Origin: Eremomyces bilateralis CBS 781.70
Taxonomy: Eukaryota
Strand: one strand, 5' to 3'
DNA length: 41,700 nucleotides
Assembly (NCBI GenBank): GCA_010015585.1
Contig: ML975191.1
Shown: positions 1 to 11,890 of the stretch, piece by piece
Position numbering within the stretch: the first letter of the stretch is position 1
Layout: every line of letters begins with the position of its first letter
Translations under genes and position numbers: made by a program
Notes under the pieces: generated by a model
What the model saw: the letters and a program-made list of their open reading frames with translations, nothing else
Told to the model about the DNA's origin: nothing
The model's database searches: none

Positions 1-139
1 GCCAAGTTCTACCGGGACCTACAGAAGAACTACGCAGGGTCGAAATTCTTAGACGGACAACTCTCGATTCTCTTAACACGATATAGAACCCGCCCCTACC
101 TTCTTTTAAACTAATTTCCTAATCTTTTCTTTACTTTTC

Positions 140-234
140 TTTATTTTCTTCTTTTACTTTACCAAAAGTTCGACTTGTATAATAAATCAATCTGCCTCGT
201 GTATATAAAAGCAATCTAGACCAACCCGTTCACC
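140..234 (+). repeat. 95-bp direct repeat, copy 1 (copy 2 at 2991-3085), flanking the truncated LINE
   Basis: tttattttcttcttttactttaccaaaag...ccaacccgttcacc recurs at 2991-3085 with 2 mismatches by eye. Confidence 0.9.
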
Positions 235-2990
235 TTATTAGACTTCTTTACGGCACCTTGGACAAGCACTGTAAACGGGCGCGACCTTGTGACTGGTCTA
301 GACCGGAGTGGTCACTACAGGCAGCAGAGTTCCTGGCTGGCGCCCGCCAGGCCCGACGCCGGCTCTAACGGACCCAGGACCCGGACGACGAACGAGACTA
401 GAAATACTAAAGGAATACCCTAAGGAGGAAGATGCGTAGTAACGGCCGGACGAGATAGAGAAAACTTATCTAGACACTTACTAAAGACGAGAATTACCCG
501 GACTATATATACAACCGAGGGCTCTAGAGACTAAATAAGTAGAGCTAGAAGACCGCTAGGCAACCCGGTAGGCTTATAGCTATCCTACCACTTAGGCGCA
601 CGGAGAACGATCCCCCGACGGGAGACAACTAAGGGAAAGCAGAGATCCTTACTACAAAGTTCTTCCCACGGAGCGGTGCCGCTGACCTCTAAGATATAAC
701 CAACGAACAGTTCCCACGATTCGATATCGGGCAAGAGGTCACCCTAGATAAGATCACCCGGATTATCCGCCGGCTACCGAACCAGAAGGCCCCCGGGCCT
801 GATATGATCCCGAACGAGGTACTAAAGGCCCTCTCTAATATCCTAGCCGTAGACCTAGCCCGGACGGTCACCGCTCTCTTCCGAAGCGGGGAGCTACTAG
901 CAGTTCTAAAGGAATCTACTACGGTGGTACTAAGGAAGGACAAGAAAAAGGACTACTCTCTTCTAAGCAGCTACCGCCCTATTACTCTTAAAAACACGGT
1001 TACAAAGCTAATCGAGAAAATCCTCGCAGATCGACTGATCACTGAAGCGGAAACACGAGATCTGATTCCCTGGAACCAAATGGGAGCTCGAAAGGAGAGA
1101 TCCACTCTCTCCGCCCTAGAACTCCTTACCGGGACTATACAGACGGCGTAGCACGCAAAGAAGTCTGTGGTCTCTATACTTAGGCTTGACCTTGCTGGAG
1201 CTTTTGATAACGTCTCTTACCCCCGGCTGCTCTGGGTCCTTCGTCGGATGGGATATCCCGAATAGATTATCTAGATGATCGCATCTTTCTTAACCGGACG
1301 GCGAACAAAGATTCTCTTCTCGGACTTTAAGAGCCGCTGGTTCGACACGGAGACAGGGATCCCGCAAGGCTCTACCCTATCACCCGCGCTGTTTATCCTA
1401 TTCATATCTAACCTACTACATCAGTTTAAGGATATTCAGGGTAACGTGCTCGGGTTCGGGTTCGTTGATGATACTACACTGGTTACCTGGGGAGATACGG
1501 CAGCAGCTAACTGCCAACGACTAACTGCGGCCCACGATACTTGCCTGGAATAGGCGTCACGGTTCGGGGCTAAATTTCCCCCGGATAAGTACCAGATTAT
1601 CTACTTTACCAAGAAACGTAATATTTCCGCTAATCTCCGGTCTACGATCTAAATATAGGGACATTAAGCTAAATTAGTTATATCCCTCCGGGTACTAGGA
1701 GTTTAGCTCGACCCTTCCCTCTTATAGAAGGACTATATCCTCCGGGTAATATAGAGGGGACTTAAGGCCTTCGACTCCCTGGCGAGGGTAACTTCATCGG
1801 TATAGGGACTATCCGTCCGGAAATCGAGGCTGCTCTACATAGCGGTTGCACGGCCTATTATGACATACGGCGCCCCTATTTGGGGAGTCTATTAGCAGGG
1901 TGAGCCAATCTCTGAAGGCAAAATGAAGGACCTAGCCAAGGTTTAGAACAAGTGTCTACGAAAGATCCTAGGGGCTTATAAACGGACACCAATCGCCGCG
2001 CTTAAGAGAGAGGCGGACGTTCCCCCAATCGAACTCTACGTCCAAGAACGGGCCGCCCAAAGAGCAGCATCGACGAACACCCACAAGATTACTACCCAGA
2101 TTAAGGGAGCCCTGACGCAAGTCTAGGATGCTGCTTCTGCTCCCCCGAGACGAACTCGAGGCCGACCCCGCCGTATCCGGTCTAAACCTAAACCCGCGAT
2201 AAGTACGCTTCGGACCCAGTATAATAGACTTCTGTTCCCCCGGCCCGAACCAATTAGAGGATATTAGACATAATAGCGAAAAGGCCCGTACCGGATAATC
2301 TAGGACGAGTATCGAGCGAAATAGAGGGAGAGATGGTAAGCCGAAGCGGCCAGACTAGGAAGGAGAGTAAGGACATAGAAGGACCCGTAGGAAACCCAGT
2401 GCCTTAACCGGTACGACGGCCTTCAGAAATACGAGGCCTCGGCGCTTATAGTACTACGGACTAAGGTAGTTAGAGTTAAAGGATGGCTCGCAAAAATTAG
2501 TATCCCTAGAATCCACCTAGCGTGTGAGTGCGGTACCCCCCGATAGTCTCTCTACTATCTCCTTGTATTTTGCCCGCAGCGGACCGACCAGAGGATCGAG
2601 CTCCTCTAACGAGCTGGAATAACGGACTTTAAGAGGATATTGCATAATAGGGACAAGGTGCGCCACGCAGTAAGGTGGCTGATCGATGCGGGAGGCCTAG
2701 AGTAATACCGGGTAGCCAAGGAAGTTAAGGAGGAGGTAATAGAGGACTGGAAACCGTTCCAGTTCCTCCACGACGTGCCAGAATAAGCTCTCCGCGTAGG
2801 CGGAAACACCGACTCTTACGGATAGATAATAAACGTTTAAGATAGTCTACTAAAGGGAGGAGGCGGGATTTTATGTACCCGCAGCCTCAGGGCTACGGGG
2901 AAACTTTTGCCCGCGGCAGACTAGATAGAATATCGTGCTCATAGACCCGAAAGGGATCCAGATAGTACGTTAAATTGATTCTTATTATTA
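232..2990 (+). mobile_element. 5'-truncated, RIP-inactivated Tad1-like LINE (RT, C-terminal Zn finger, (TTA)n tail)
   Basis: RT motifs KAPGPDMIPN, YRPITL, GIPQGSTLSP, FVDD; CECG...C finger near 2520-2575; colinear with 29083-31850; many TAG/TAA stops. Confidence 0.93.
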
Positions 2991-3085
2991 TTTATTTTCT
3001 TCTTTTACTTTACCAAAAGTTCAACTTGTATAATAAATCAATCTGCCTCGTGTATATAAAAGCAATCTAGACCAACCAGTTCACC
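2991..3085 (+). repeat. 95-bp direct repeat, copy 2
   Basis: Matches 140-234; starts right after the LINE tail. Confidence 0.9.
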
Positions 3086-5324
3086 CATTCAAGGTTCTTA
3101 CCGATCATAAGAACCTCCGCTACTTCATGACAGCCCAACGCCTTACCGAGAGACAGGCCAGGTGGGCGTTACTTCTTTCGGAATACCAATTCCAACTCGA
3201 ATTCCGCGCCGGGAGGTTGGCGCTAAGGCCAGATGCGCTGTCTAGGAGAGAACAGGATATGCCTCAAGGAAAGGATGATGCGAGGCTCGAAAGCCGAGTT
3301 TCCCAGTTACTTAAAGACGCCTGGTTACCACCAGCCTCCGAGAGAACAGCAGCGGCAGTCGCTATATAAGCTTTACTTTACCCCCTTCGCGAACCACACG
3401 GAGAGGAAGCTAAGAAGAGAGGCGAGATCCTAAGTATCGCAAAAGGTAGCGATATCTTTGAAGAGCCAGAGTTACAACTCCTTTGGGATCGTGGACTCGT
3501 GGAAGACGAGTCCTACTAACGGATTCACTAAGCTATCGCTAACAAAGAGAGAGCCTTCCCACCCGAACTGAAGCTCTCCGTACAACTACCAGACTGCGAG
3601 ATCGACCACCGCGGTGCAGTTACGAGGAGAGGAATCATATGGGTTCCTAACTGGGAACCCCTACGGACGACGCTGGTCCAGAAAACCCACGATTCTCACG
3701 TGACCGGCCACCCAGGAAGGGACAGCACCCTTGCGATCCTCTCGAGGAGTTTCTTCTGGCCCCAGCAGTATAAGACAGTGCGACAATTCGTCCGAAACTG
3801 CGACGTTTGTGGGAGAACGACGGTATAGCGCGATAGGAAACGTGGCCTCCTAAAACCTCTCCCGATTCCCGCACGGTTCCACAGCGAATTATCAATCGAT
3901 TTCATAACGGAACTCCCAGGAGAAGGAGACTCCCCGAGATACCTTATGGTTATCACCGACCGTCTTCTAAAAAGCGTGACGCTTGAAGCAATGACAACTA
4001 TGGAAGCGGAGGCTTGCGCAGAACGCTTCCTTTAATGTTACTATCGGTTCTACGGGTTCCTATCAGCACTCACTTCGGACAGAGGAAGCAACTAGATAGG
4101 ACGCTTCTAGAAGAAGCTATGCGAGCTTATAAACATGGAACAGAGGTTATTAACGGCGTTCTACCCGCAAACAGACGGAGCGACCGAACGCATGAACCAA
4201 GAAGTACTAGCGTACCTCCGTGCCTTTATAGCCTACTCTCAACTAGACTGGCCGAAACTGCTCCTAACCGCAATGTTAGCCCTGAATAATCGCGATTCTT
4301 TAGTAATAGGCGCAAGTCCCTTCTTCTTAACACATGGATACCACTCAGAACCGGTACAGCAAGTGGAGAGAGTCTCCCCGAACAACTCCCCAGCCGCCGA
4401 CGCGGAGACTTTCGTCTAACGAATTCACGATGCCCAGGAATACGCCCAAGCCGCGATGGCTTGGTCGCAACAACGCATAGAAGACGACGCCAACCGCTCT
4501 AGACGAGCGGCTGAAGTGCTCAAAAAGGGTGATAAAGTTTGGCTGAACCTGAAGAATATCAGTACGCTACAGCAGTCTAAGAAGTTGTCCTAGACCCAAG
4601 CGAAGTACACGGTTAAAAATCAAGTATCGCCAATGGTCTACGAGTTGGCTGACCTGCCAACTGGGATCCATAACCGTTTCCACGTGGACCTTCTACGGAG
4701 AGGCGCAACCGACCTACTCCCATCCTAAGAAATTGAAGACGCCCAACCCCCTGCACTAGTCCCTTAGACCGACGAAAACGACGCCGAGTATATAGTAGAA
4801 CGGATCCTTCGCGCAGAGAAGCGTAGAGTCGGGCGTGGATGGCAGCGGAGACTGCTAATTAAATGGAAGGGATAGGCGGAGCCAACCTGGCAGCTACGGA
4901 AGGACTTCGTAGATGTTGAAGACCTTGATAGGTTCGAGAGGGAGTTTAGAAAAGGCGATGGAGTCGGAGAAGACGGTGCTGAAGCTATCATAGGGCCTCG
5001 TCGGAGCCGCAAGACGGCGGTTAACGCGATGGAGGAGGCCTTCAATTGGCACAAACGCTGTATGGCGTTTGTAAGTTGTATTCTCCCACCTACCCTCCCT
5101 TCTTTAGTCCTTTGTACCCGGTGAAGAGGGGGATAATGTTATGGGTTGAAACCCTTGGTTGGCTCAGGCTGAGAGCCTAAGCCTGATTAGGTTAAGGGTA
5201 AATCAGAGTCTAACCTCTCCGATGTAAACAAGAAAGCTTCCCTTTCTTGTTCTCTTCTTTAGCTTAATCTAGAATATCTTTGGCTACGTGTATGTTGTGT
5301 GCATCCAGCTACCGTGCCGTAACA
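3086..5324 (+). mobile_element. Ty3/Gypsy chromovirus 3' part (RNase H end, integrase, chromodomain, PPT, 3' LTR 5137-5324), pseudogenised
   Basis: FKVLTDHKNLRYF; HHCC (HDSHVTGHPG...CDVC); SIDFITELP; PQTDGATER; chromodomain EYIVERILR..IKWKG; purine tract gaagaggggga before a 188-bp TG..CA LTR. Confidence 0.93.
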
Positions 5325-7337
5325 ACGGCAAGGATTTGGGTTCTGTCTAGACCGTCCTTTTTAGCACGTTTTCGCGCCCTTTCTATAATAGCGGCGAACA
5401 CAGATCCTGTGACAAGCTTCGCGGTATACACTTAGGCAAGCCTTCGTTGGGCTCGTTCGTTGTACTTAAGCTATCCTTTCTCTCGGATAGTGATACGCTG
5501 GGCTCCTCTGCCGATATATAGCTTCCTCTTGTCGGCTATGTATCGTATAGAGTTTCTCTCTGCCTAAGCTTTGCCTAGGATAATAGAAAAGCTCAGTCCT
5601 TTTACTATATACCCGTAGGCTCGTTCTGATCGTCCATCGATGTCGATCGTAGCATAGGTTATATGCGTAATACGGAGGTCGTCTCCGTTCTTGTGGCTTT
5701 TCTTAGCTAGTGTTAATTGCAACGATGCAATCGGGATGCGCGGTAGATTGTAGGTTCGGACGCACTTTTCGCTAAAAGCGGCATAGGGGAGACAGCCATT
5801 GTCGAAGAATGATTCGGTGAATGAGGTTCCGTTGATTAAAGTATCTATTAAGAAGGGGGTACTCTCTATCCTATCCTTTGCTGCTCTGATCTCCTCCGCT
5901 CTCGGGGTTGTCGAAAGGTCCTCGCCGTGTATATCTATACTTGGCCCTCGCACGCGTCGAGACGCGAGGGCTACTCGTTTTCCGGCTCGGAGGTGTCGTT
6001 CTCTGATCCTTCTTCTTGTACAGGGGACTCTATCAAAGTATCGACAGCAGAGACCTGTGTCTTTGGTTTGACCGCTGGCTTGAACTTACACTGAGAGAAG
6101 TTGGCATGTCTCTTCCCTTTGCAGCGTCCGCATTTGCCCGCCTTGACTAGGCTTCGGAACTTATCCTCTAATCGCTATTTTGCCCGGGGGCGCTTATCCT
6201 CCTTTTAATTGCGACTTAGCGAACCCGTTTGTACTAGGATAGCCGCAATTTTGACCGCTAACGCATTCACGTCCGTCATTGTCATATCGTTATCGCCATC
6301 CTTCTCCGGTATTCGTGGGGAGCTCGACCTCGTACGTTCTACTGTTCTTTAGGAGGCTTCGCTGATGTAGAAGTGTTTGGACGATCCGGTTAGTTTGCGA
6401 AAGTCCGGATGGGCTTCGAAGTTGGTAGTGTAGCTCTGGATCTCGGCAACATATGATTCGTAATCCGTGTTTGAAAGCTTGGCCGTAATTAGCACTCGGG
6501 ATAACGCTAGGCTGAGGGCAGTTTTCATAGTCGAGATTTTGGAAGTTTTTATAGGGGCAAGTGTGCCTAATTAAGCCGAGAGCTATTCGAACTGTTGTCT
6601 GAAATCTTCGAACTATTATCTCTCTCCTTGGCGTAGTCGGTTCAGCTTATCGAGTGACTTCCTTTCCGCTTCTCTATCTAGGAATTTGTCGTCTATATAC
6701 GCCAGGAAGTCGGTTGGCGACCAGTCTCGGTCGTTGCCTCCGGCTTGTAGCCAGTGGATAACTCGTTGTTATTTACTTTCTGGTAGGCCGGTGAAGATGT
6801 TCGTGTATATCGCTTTATTGGTCCCGAGTCGTCCCTTCTCTATCTCAATCTTGGACTCGAGAGTCCATTTAAAGAGGCCGTAGCTAGCTGTCTTGCCGTT
6901 CCATTCTGGCCATCGTATAGCTTTTGAGGAGCTACCACGGTCTTGATTTGTAGCGGTGAGGGCGGCGACAAGTTGTTATATAGCGTCGGATCCGTCGTTG
7001 GGAGAGGCTATATTAATATGGATACTCGCGAGGTCCTCTGCGAGTTCGTCGAGGGATACTTCGGGTCGAGGAGTGAGGATTGCGGGAGTTAATGATGCCG
7101 GCGTGGGCGCATCTTCGCTCATTAGGGGCAGTAGAGTAAGCTTAATCTATGTTACGGCACGGTAGCTGGATACACACAACATACACGTAGCTAAAGATAT
7201 TCTAGATTAAGCTAAAGAAGAGAACAAGAAAGGGAAGCTTTCTTGTTTACATCGGAGAGGTTGGACTCTGATGTACCCTTAACCTAATCAGGCTTAGGCT
7301 CTCAGCCTGAGCCAACCAAGGGTTTCAACCCATAACA
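5325..7337 (-). mobile_element. Ty3/Gypsy 5' part of the same family (5' LTR 7150-7337, gag, protease), interrupted at 5325
   Basis: LTR is the reverse complement of 5137-5324; gag ATG near 7122; Zn knuckle CGRCKGKRHANFSQC near 6090-6133; protease-like FLIDTLING..FFDNGC in ORF 5564-5953; RIP-type stops. Confidence 0.88.
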
Positions 7338-7426
7338 TTGCCAGGGCTATGGGTACCTAAAACCCCGCCTCCTCCTTTGTGGTAGTAATTGTCCTTTCGT
7401 CGTTGCCTTCGTGGCTCTCCTTCTTA

Positions 7427-8334
7427 GGCCTTGTCTACTTCGTAGCTGGCAGGTTTAAGAAGCAGGGGCCAGGTGGGCGTTGTGGCTTTTCTATTATTAG
7501 AAACCTGCCAAAACGGCCAATGTCTACCCACTGGCAGGTTCGGAAGCTGCAGGTTCTTACTGTGTAGTCATGTTCCCAAGTCACGATGTGTGACTTCGCA
7601 TAATAGCTTCAAATTCCGAACTGACCTCTCTTAGCCATCCACCCTGCAGCTACATCCCAGCCACGTGACCTAGGAATACTATGCTCTAATTAGTCTATTT
7701 CGAAAATCCCTAAAGCGTGGGCACCCCTACCACCTATTCTGGGCACCCCTACAACATATTCTGGGCATCCACCATCACCTGTTTTGGGCACCTCCACCAC
7801 CTATTTTGGGCCCTACTATCACCTATTTTGGATACCGTTTATCACTCCCGCCTCCCGTTTTGGGCACAGGTGATAGAACGGGTGGTGGGAGTACCCCAAA
7901 ATGGATGATAGAGGGTGCTTAAAATGGGTGATGATGGGGTTCTAAAGTCGGTGGGGGGGAGTGCCTAAAATAGGTGGTGGAGGTGCCTAGAATGGGCGGT
8001 GGGGGTTGGGACGATGTAGAGGGGCCATTGTGATAACAATGAGGAGTAGAGAACCTGCCAGCGAGCGTTATTATCGGGTCCATCGATGTAGCAGAAAAAA
8101 ACCTGCCGCAGGTTTGCCTAATTGAGCGAAATACGAGGTGGCGCTGCGCTAAAAAAGCCACATTTCGGGATGTGGACCTGCCGGCAGGTTTCACCATTAA
8201 AAAGTAGACATACACCCATTCTGGCGCTAATATCGAACCTGCCACGAATCTGCCACGAATCTGCCACTATTTAAGTAGACAAAGCCACCTGCCAGCGCTA
8301 TTATCGAACCTGCCGGCTCGAAGTAGACAAGGCC
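7427..8334. mobile_element. Non-autonomous PIF/Harbinger-like (Tourist-type) MITE, 908 bp
   Basis: Perfect 16-bp TIR ggccttgtctacttcg (about 30 bp imperfect); TTA on both sides (7424-7426, 8335-8337); many subterminal aacctgcc/ggcaggtt motifs; no transposase ORF. Confidence 0.8.
7718..8005. repeat. Foldback array: about 22-bp tandem units followed by inverted copies
   Basis: tgggcacccctaccacctattc-like units from 7718, then reverse-complement units (aaaataggtggtggaggtgcc) after about 7870. Confidence 0.8.
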
Positions 8335-8699
8335 TTAGTCGGTGCTTCCGCGGCGTGGTGGAGCAATACAGCAATACTGCTCCCCGTCGCAAGTTTATCT
8401 CTTGGTTGGGTTTGGGCTGGCTGAGCCCTTTTTGTCCGTTGGGGTTATTATCCCTCACTCCGCTTTGGTTTTTTCGTTTCTGGAAAATGTCTGTTGCCGA
8501 AAATGTCCGTTGTATTTGTTTTTGGTCGATTGAGGAGTCGTCGTGAGGGCTTGTGGAAAAATGTTCCGGGGGGCATCCCTGGGCGGTGTGATAGATGATT
8601 TTCCTGTAGTGACTTTGCACAGATTCGAACTCAGTTCCTCTGAGTCTTTCTGTGCGCCTATCACTCCAGTTACCATTCCACCATCGTCCCAGGGACAAT

Positions 8700-9522
8700 T
8701 CTCTTATATAACCCTCTTACTTCTCCTTCTCTTTTCTCCCTTCCTCCCTCTCGTTGCTTCTCTTCCTACTTCGAGCTTCTTCCTCCTTCTAGCTTCTTCC
8801 TCCTTCTAGCTTCTTCCTNNNNNNNNNNAGCTTCTTCCTCCTTCTAGCTTCTTCCTCCTTCTAGCTTCTTCCTACTTCTAGCTTCTTCCTACTTCTAGCT
8901 TCTTCCTTCTTTATTCTATCCTTCCTACTTCCTACTTCTACCTTTTTCCTTTTTACTTGTTCCTACTTCCTTCTCCCTTCCTGCTACTTCCCCCTTCTCC
9001 TTTCTCCCTTCTTCCCTCCTTACTTCTCCCTTTTTGCTTAATATAATATCCCACTTCCTTCTCCTTCTCCTTTTCTCCTTCTTCCTTCTTACTTCCTACT
9101 TCGATTAGATTCCTCCTTCTTATTATTTCTCGTATTTCTCCCTTCTTTTTTCTCTCCTTTCCCTCTTACTTCTCCTTCTCCTTCTATCCCCCTTCTTACT
9201 TCTTCTATCTCCCTTCTCCCTTTTCCTTCTCCTTCTTCTTCCTCCTCTTTCTCCCTTCCGACTATATTCCTACTCCCTTTCTCCTTCTCCCTTTTCCTTC
9301 TNNNNNNNNNNNNNNNNNNNNNNNNNNNNNNNNNNNNNNNNNNNNNNNNNNNNNNNNNNNNNNNNNNNNNNNNNNNNNNNNNNNNNNNNNNNNNNNNNNN
9401 NNNNNNNNNNNNNNNNNNNNNCTATATTCCTACTCCCTTTCTCCTTCTCCCTTTTCCTTCTCCTTCTTCTTCCTCCTCTTTTCCCCTTCCGACTACATTC
9501 CTACTCCCTTTCTCCTTCTCCC
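8700..9522. repeat. Pyrimidine-rich low-complexity tract with a 17-bp minisatellite (about 8763-8906) and about 72-bp repeats; contains N gaps 8819-8828 and 9302-9421
   Basis: Unit ccttctagcttcttcct repeated; sequence on either side of the second gap is duplicated. Confidence 0.85.
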
Positions 9523-9699
9523 TGTTACGGCACGGTAGCTGGATGCACACAACATACGCGTAGCCAAAGATATTCTAGATTGAGATGAAGAGTACAAGGT
9601 AGCTGTGACAGAGGAATCTTGATGAGGTTCCATCTCTACGCTAGGTTTGATTAGGCTTAGGCTCTCAGCCTATGCCAACCATGGGCCATGCCCATAACA
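9523..9699 (-). mobile_element. Solo LTR, variant of the Gypsy LTR at 5137/7150
   Basis: Same termini (tgttacggcacggtagc...cccataaca) with a divergent middle; flanks ctccc/agtac, so no TSD. Confidence 0.85.
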
Positions 9700-10230
9700 A
9701 GTACCTCGACTTCGCTCCAGCACGGCGGGCGTTCCATCACGCAGGGGGGGAGGTTACAATTACCTCTATGAACCTACAGCTCGCCATGTTTGGATACTAG
9801 TAGTTCTTGAACCATAAAGGTTACTAAGTTACTATAATATTGGTTCTATCAATAACTGCTGCTAGATATATAACTGTTGCTCATCCTTGTAGTCCCATCT
9901 TGCTTGGACCCTGATTATGGTAAAGTCTGTCGATTAATAATGGCTTCTCTGCTGGCGACTAGAGTGCGTAGGTAGAGGATTCCGCGATTGCAAATGGCGC
10001 ATATGGTGGTTGATCAGTAAGCAGAGCGAAATCAGGATAGGGGTGAAGGAAAAGGCAAAAGAAAACCGAAGTGTAAGAAGGATAGAAGAAGGAGACCATA
10101 GTCATAGCTCACTGATAAGTTGGACAGGCACAGCTCCGCACGATTTCATGCGGACCATCTAAGGTGGCTACACGTATTATGCCATTAGGAACAAACTATA
10201 TAGCGTGTAGTATCGTTTTACTACCTACGG

Positions 10231-11280
10231 CTAAACTTTTGCCCCTTTACAAAGTTCGACATACTGTATAGCAACTGCAGCGACGGTGTTGTGGTAGGGC
10301 GTTGGCTTGATGTCGAGCAGCCCCTCTGTCTTACGGGCGTCGACTGCCACGTCAAATGTATGTTGTACTCCACCTTCTTGCAGTATACCGTCGGAAAACG
10401 CCCCCGGAACAACTGACTTGGCGATGGCCGTTGTCTTGATCCAATCACCAGGTCCACCCAGGATAAAACTCTGGTTACCAGTGATATTCTCGTCAAGGCT
10501 GCGGAGGTGTGCCAAGGCGACATCATTCACATCCACAACGGCAGAGTTCAGTGGAATGGGTGATTGATTTCCCTTCAGTAGACTCAGCAGAATAGCATTA
10601 CCGCTCTTTTCAAGCTCCCTCGGTGTCGTCGCAAGGTCATCCACGCCCAAAATCAAGCTCGGCATAAGCGTGATAATGTCGAAAGGGGTTGCGTTCGTGC
10701 TCTGCCATTCTTCGATAGTGTTAAGAGATTTTGTCTTGCTAGCTTGATACACTCCAAAACCAGGCATGTATGGTTGACTGAGATTCGGTATCCGCCACTC
10801 CGAGGTGACTGGCAGTTTACTGGAGTCCCCCTTTCCTATAAAGTACTCCGGTGGGGTGATGGCGACAATGGAAGACGTAATCACGACTCGTTTCAGTGTA
10901 TCTTTGGCATGCTCTGCTCCACTGGCCAGAATGCCCATTACACCCAGCACAGCGGGCGTAACAAAAGCATCCTCCTCAGAACCAGATCCGATTTTCGAGC
11001 TAACGTTCGGCATCGGCGATGCGCAATGGACGATGTACCTCGCCCCTTTGACGGCTTCGTCATAAGCATGGGAGACAGTCATATCAGGCACAACGACTGA
11101 AGACAGTTGATTTTCTGCAAGTGACAGGCGTTCAATTCTTGGTGCGCCTCGGAGCTTATCGAGGTCTGTCGCCTTGCGAATCGCGCAACGCACTTGGTAT
11201 CCGCGTTCGAGGGCAAGTGCAAGGACCCGTATGCCGAGGAATCCGGTCGCTCCAGTAAGTAGTATGAGACCGCTAGCCAT
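10231..11280 (-). CDS. NAD(P)-dependent epimerase/dehydratase-family (Gre2/aldehyde-reductase-like extended SDR), 349 aa, intronless
   Basis: MASGLILLTGATGFLG Rossmann motif, HCASP, VVITSS, YQASK, VDVNDVALAH; likely start is ATG 11280, not the longer ORF-track start. Confidence 0.9.
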   Translation of the reverse strand: MASGLILLTGATGFLGIRVLALALERGYQVRCAIRKATDLDKLRGAPRIERLSLAENQLSSVVVPDMTVSHAYDEAVKGARYIVHCASPMPNVSSKIGSGSEEDAFVTPAVLGVMGILASGAEHAKDTLKRVVITSSIVAITPPEYFIGKGDSSKLPVTSEWRIPNLSQPYMPGFGVYQASKTKSLNTIEEWQSTNATPFDIITLMPSLILGVDDLATTPRELEKSGNAILLSLLKGNQSPIPLNSAVVDVNDVALAHLRSLDENITGNQSFILGGPGDWIKTTAIAKSVVPGAFSDGILQEGGVQHTFDVAVDARKTEGLLDIKPTPYHNTVAAVAIQYVELCKGAKV

Positions 11281-11890
11281 AATGATTGATTTGATCTTTT
11301 GATAGCGAAAAGGTATTGTAATTGTAGTTAGAATAGTGTTAAGTATCGATGTGGAACAGCATAGCTTTCTGGTCTTATAGCCTACTCGGTTTACATTACT
11401 GCAGTTGTGAGTACCACTCAAAGAATCATTCACGGGCATCATGACCGGAGTTTTGGATAAAAATGTCATAAACTCCATACACGCTGTTATCTCCGTAGTT
11501 AGAGATCTTAGTGGCACCAAGTGAATCATCTGGCGTTGTAAACACACCTCCATAAAACTGAGCGGCTGCGCCAATGGCAAGCCAAAAAGGAGCGGACGCA
11601 CGAGCGGACGTTGAAGCGGGAGCGGAAGCTAAACTAGCGCGTGGCGGCGAGCGCGCATTCCAGGTCCCTGCATACCAATATCTGTCCGATATCTACGTCA
11701 CGCTCATAAGCTTCGATTTATAATCGTGAATTTAACTTTGCAATTGTGGGCGAAGCTATCTATGATGTGCTCATATTGAGCTCTGGGCAGGTATATAAGT
11801 CTTGCATAGGAGTGTTCGAGTGGAAAGGTCATTAGCATTATATCTTTATCCTCTTACAAGTGTACATCTACGAGCAACTACAAAGTTATC
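11281..11890. promoter_or_regulatory. Bidirectional promoter with clustered AGCGG motifs and a TATA-like element
   Basis: Five AGCGG copies in 11561-11625 (gagcggacg twice); tatataag near 11793; lies between two divergent ATGs. Confidence 0.55.

Noticed and set aside
7718..8005. CRISPR-like array
   Set aside because: Degenerate tandem units with no unique spacers, inside a eukaryotic MITE
8267..8906. Protein-coding gene in the purine-rich minus strand
   Set aside because: The 17-bp repeat unit breaks frame, no recognisable motifs, and assembly gaps intervene; a decayed gene cannot be excluded
11281..11601. 107-aa N-terminal extension of the reductase in the ORF track
   Set aside because: Non-ATG start running through promoter-like DNA; the Rossmann motif begins right after ATG 11280
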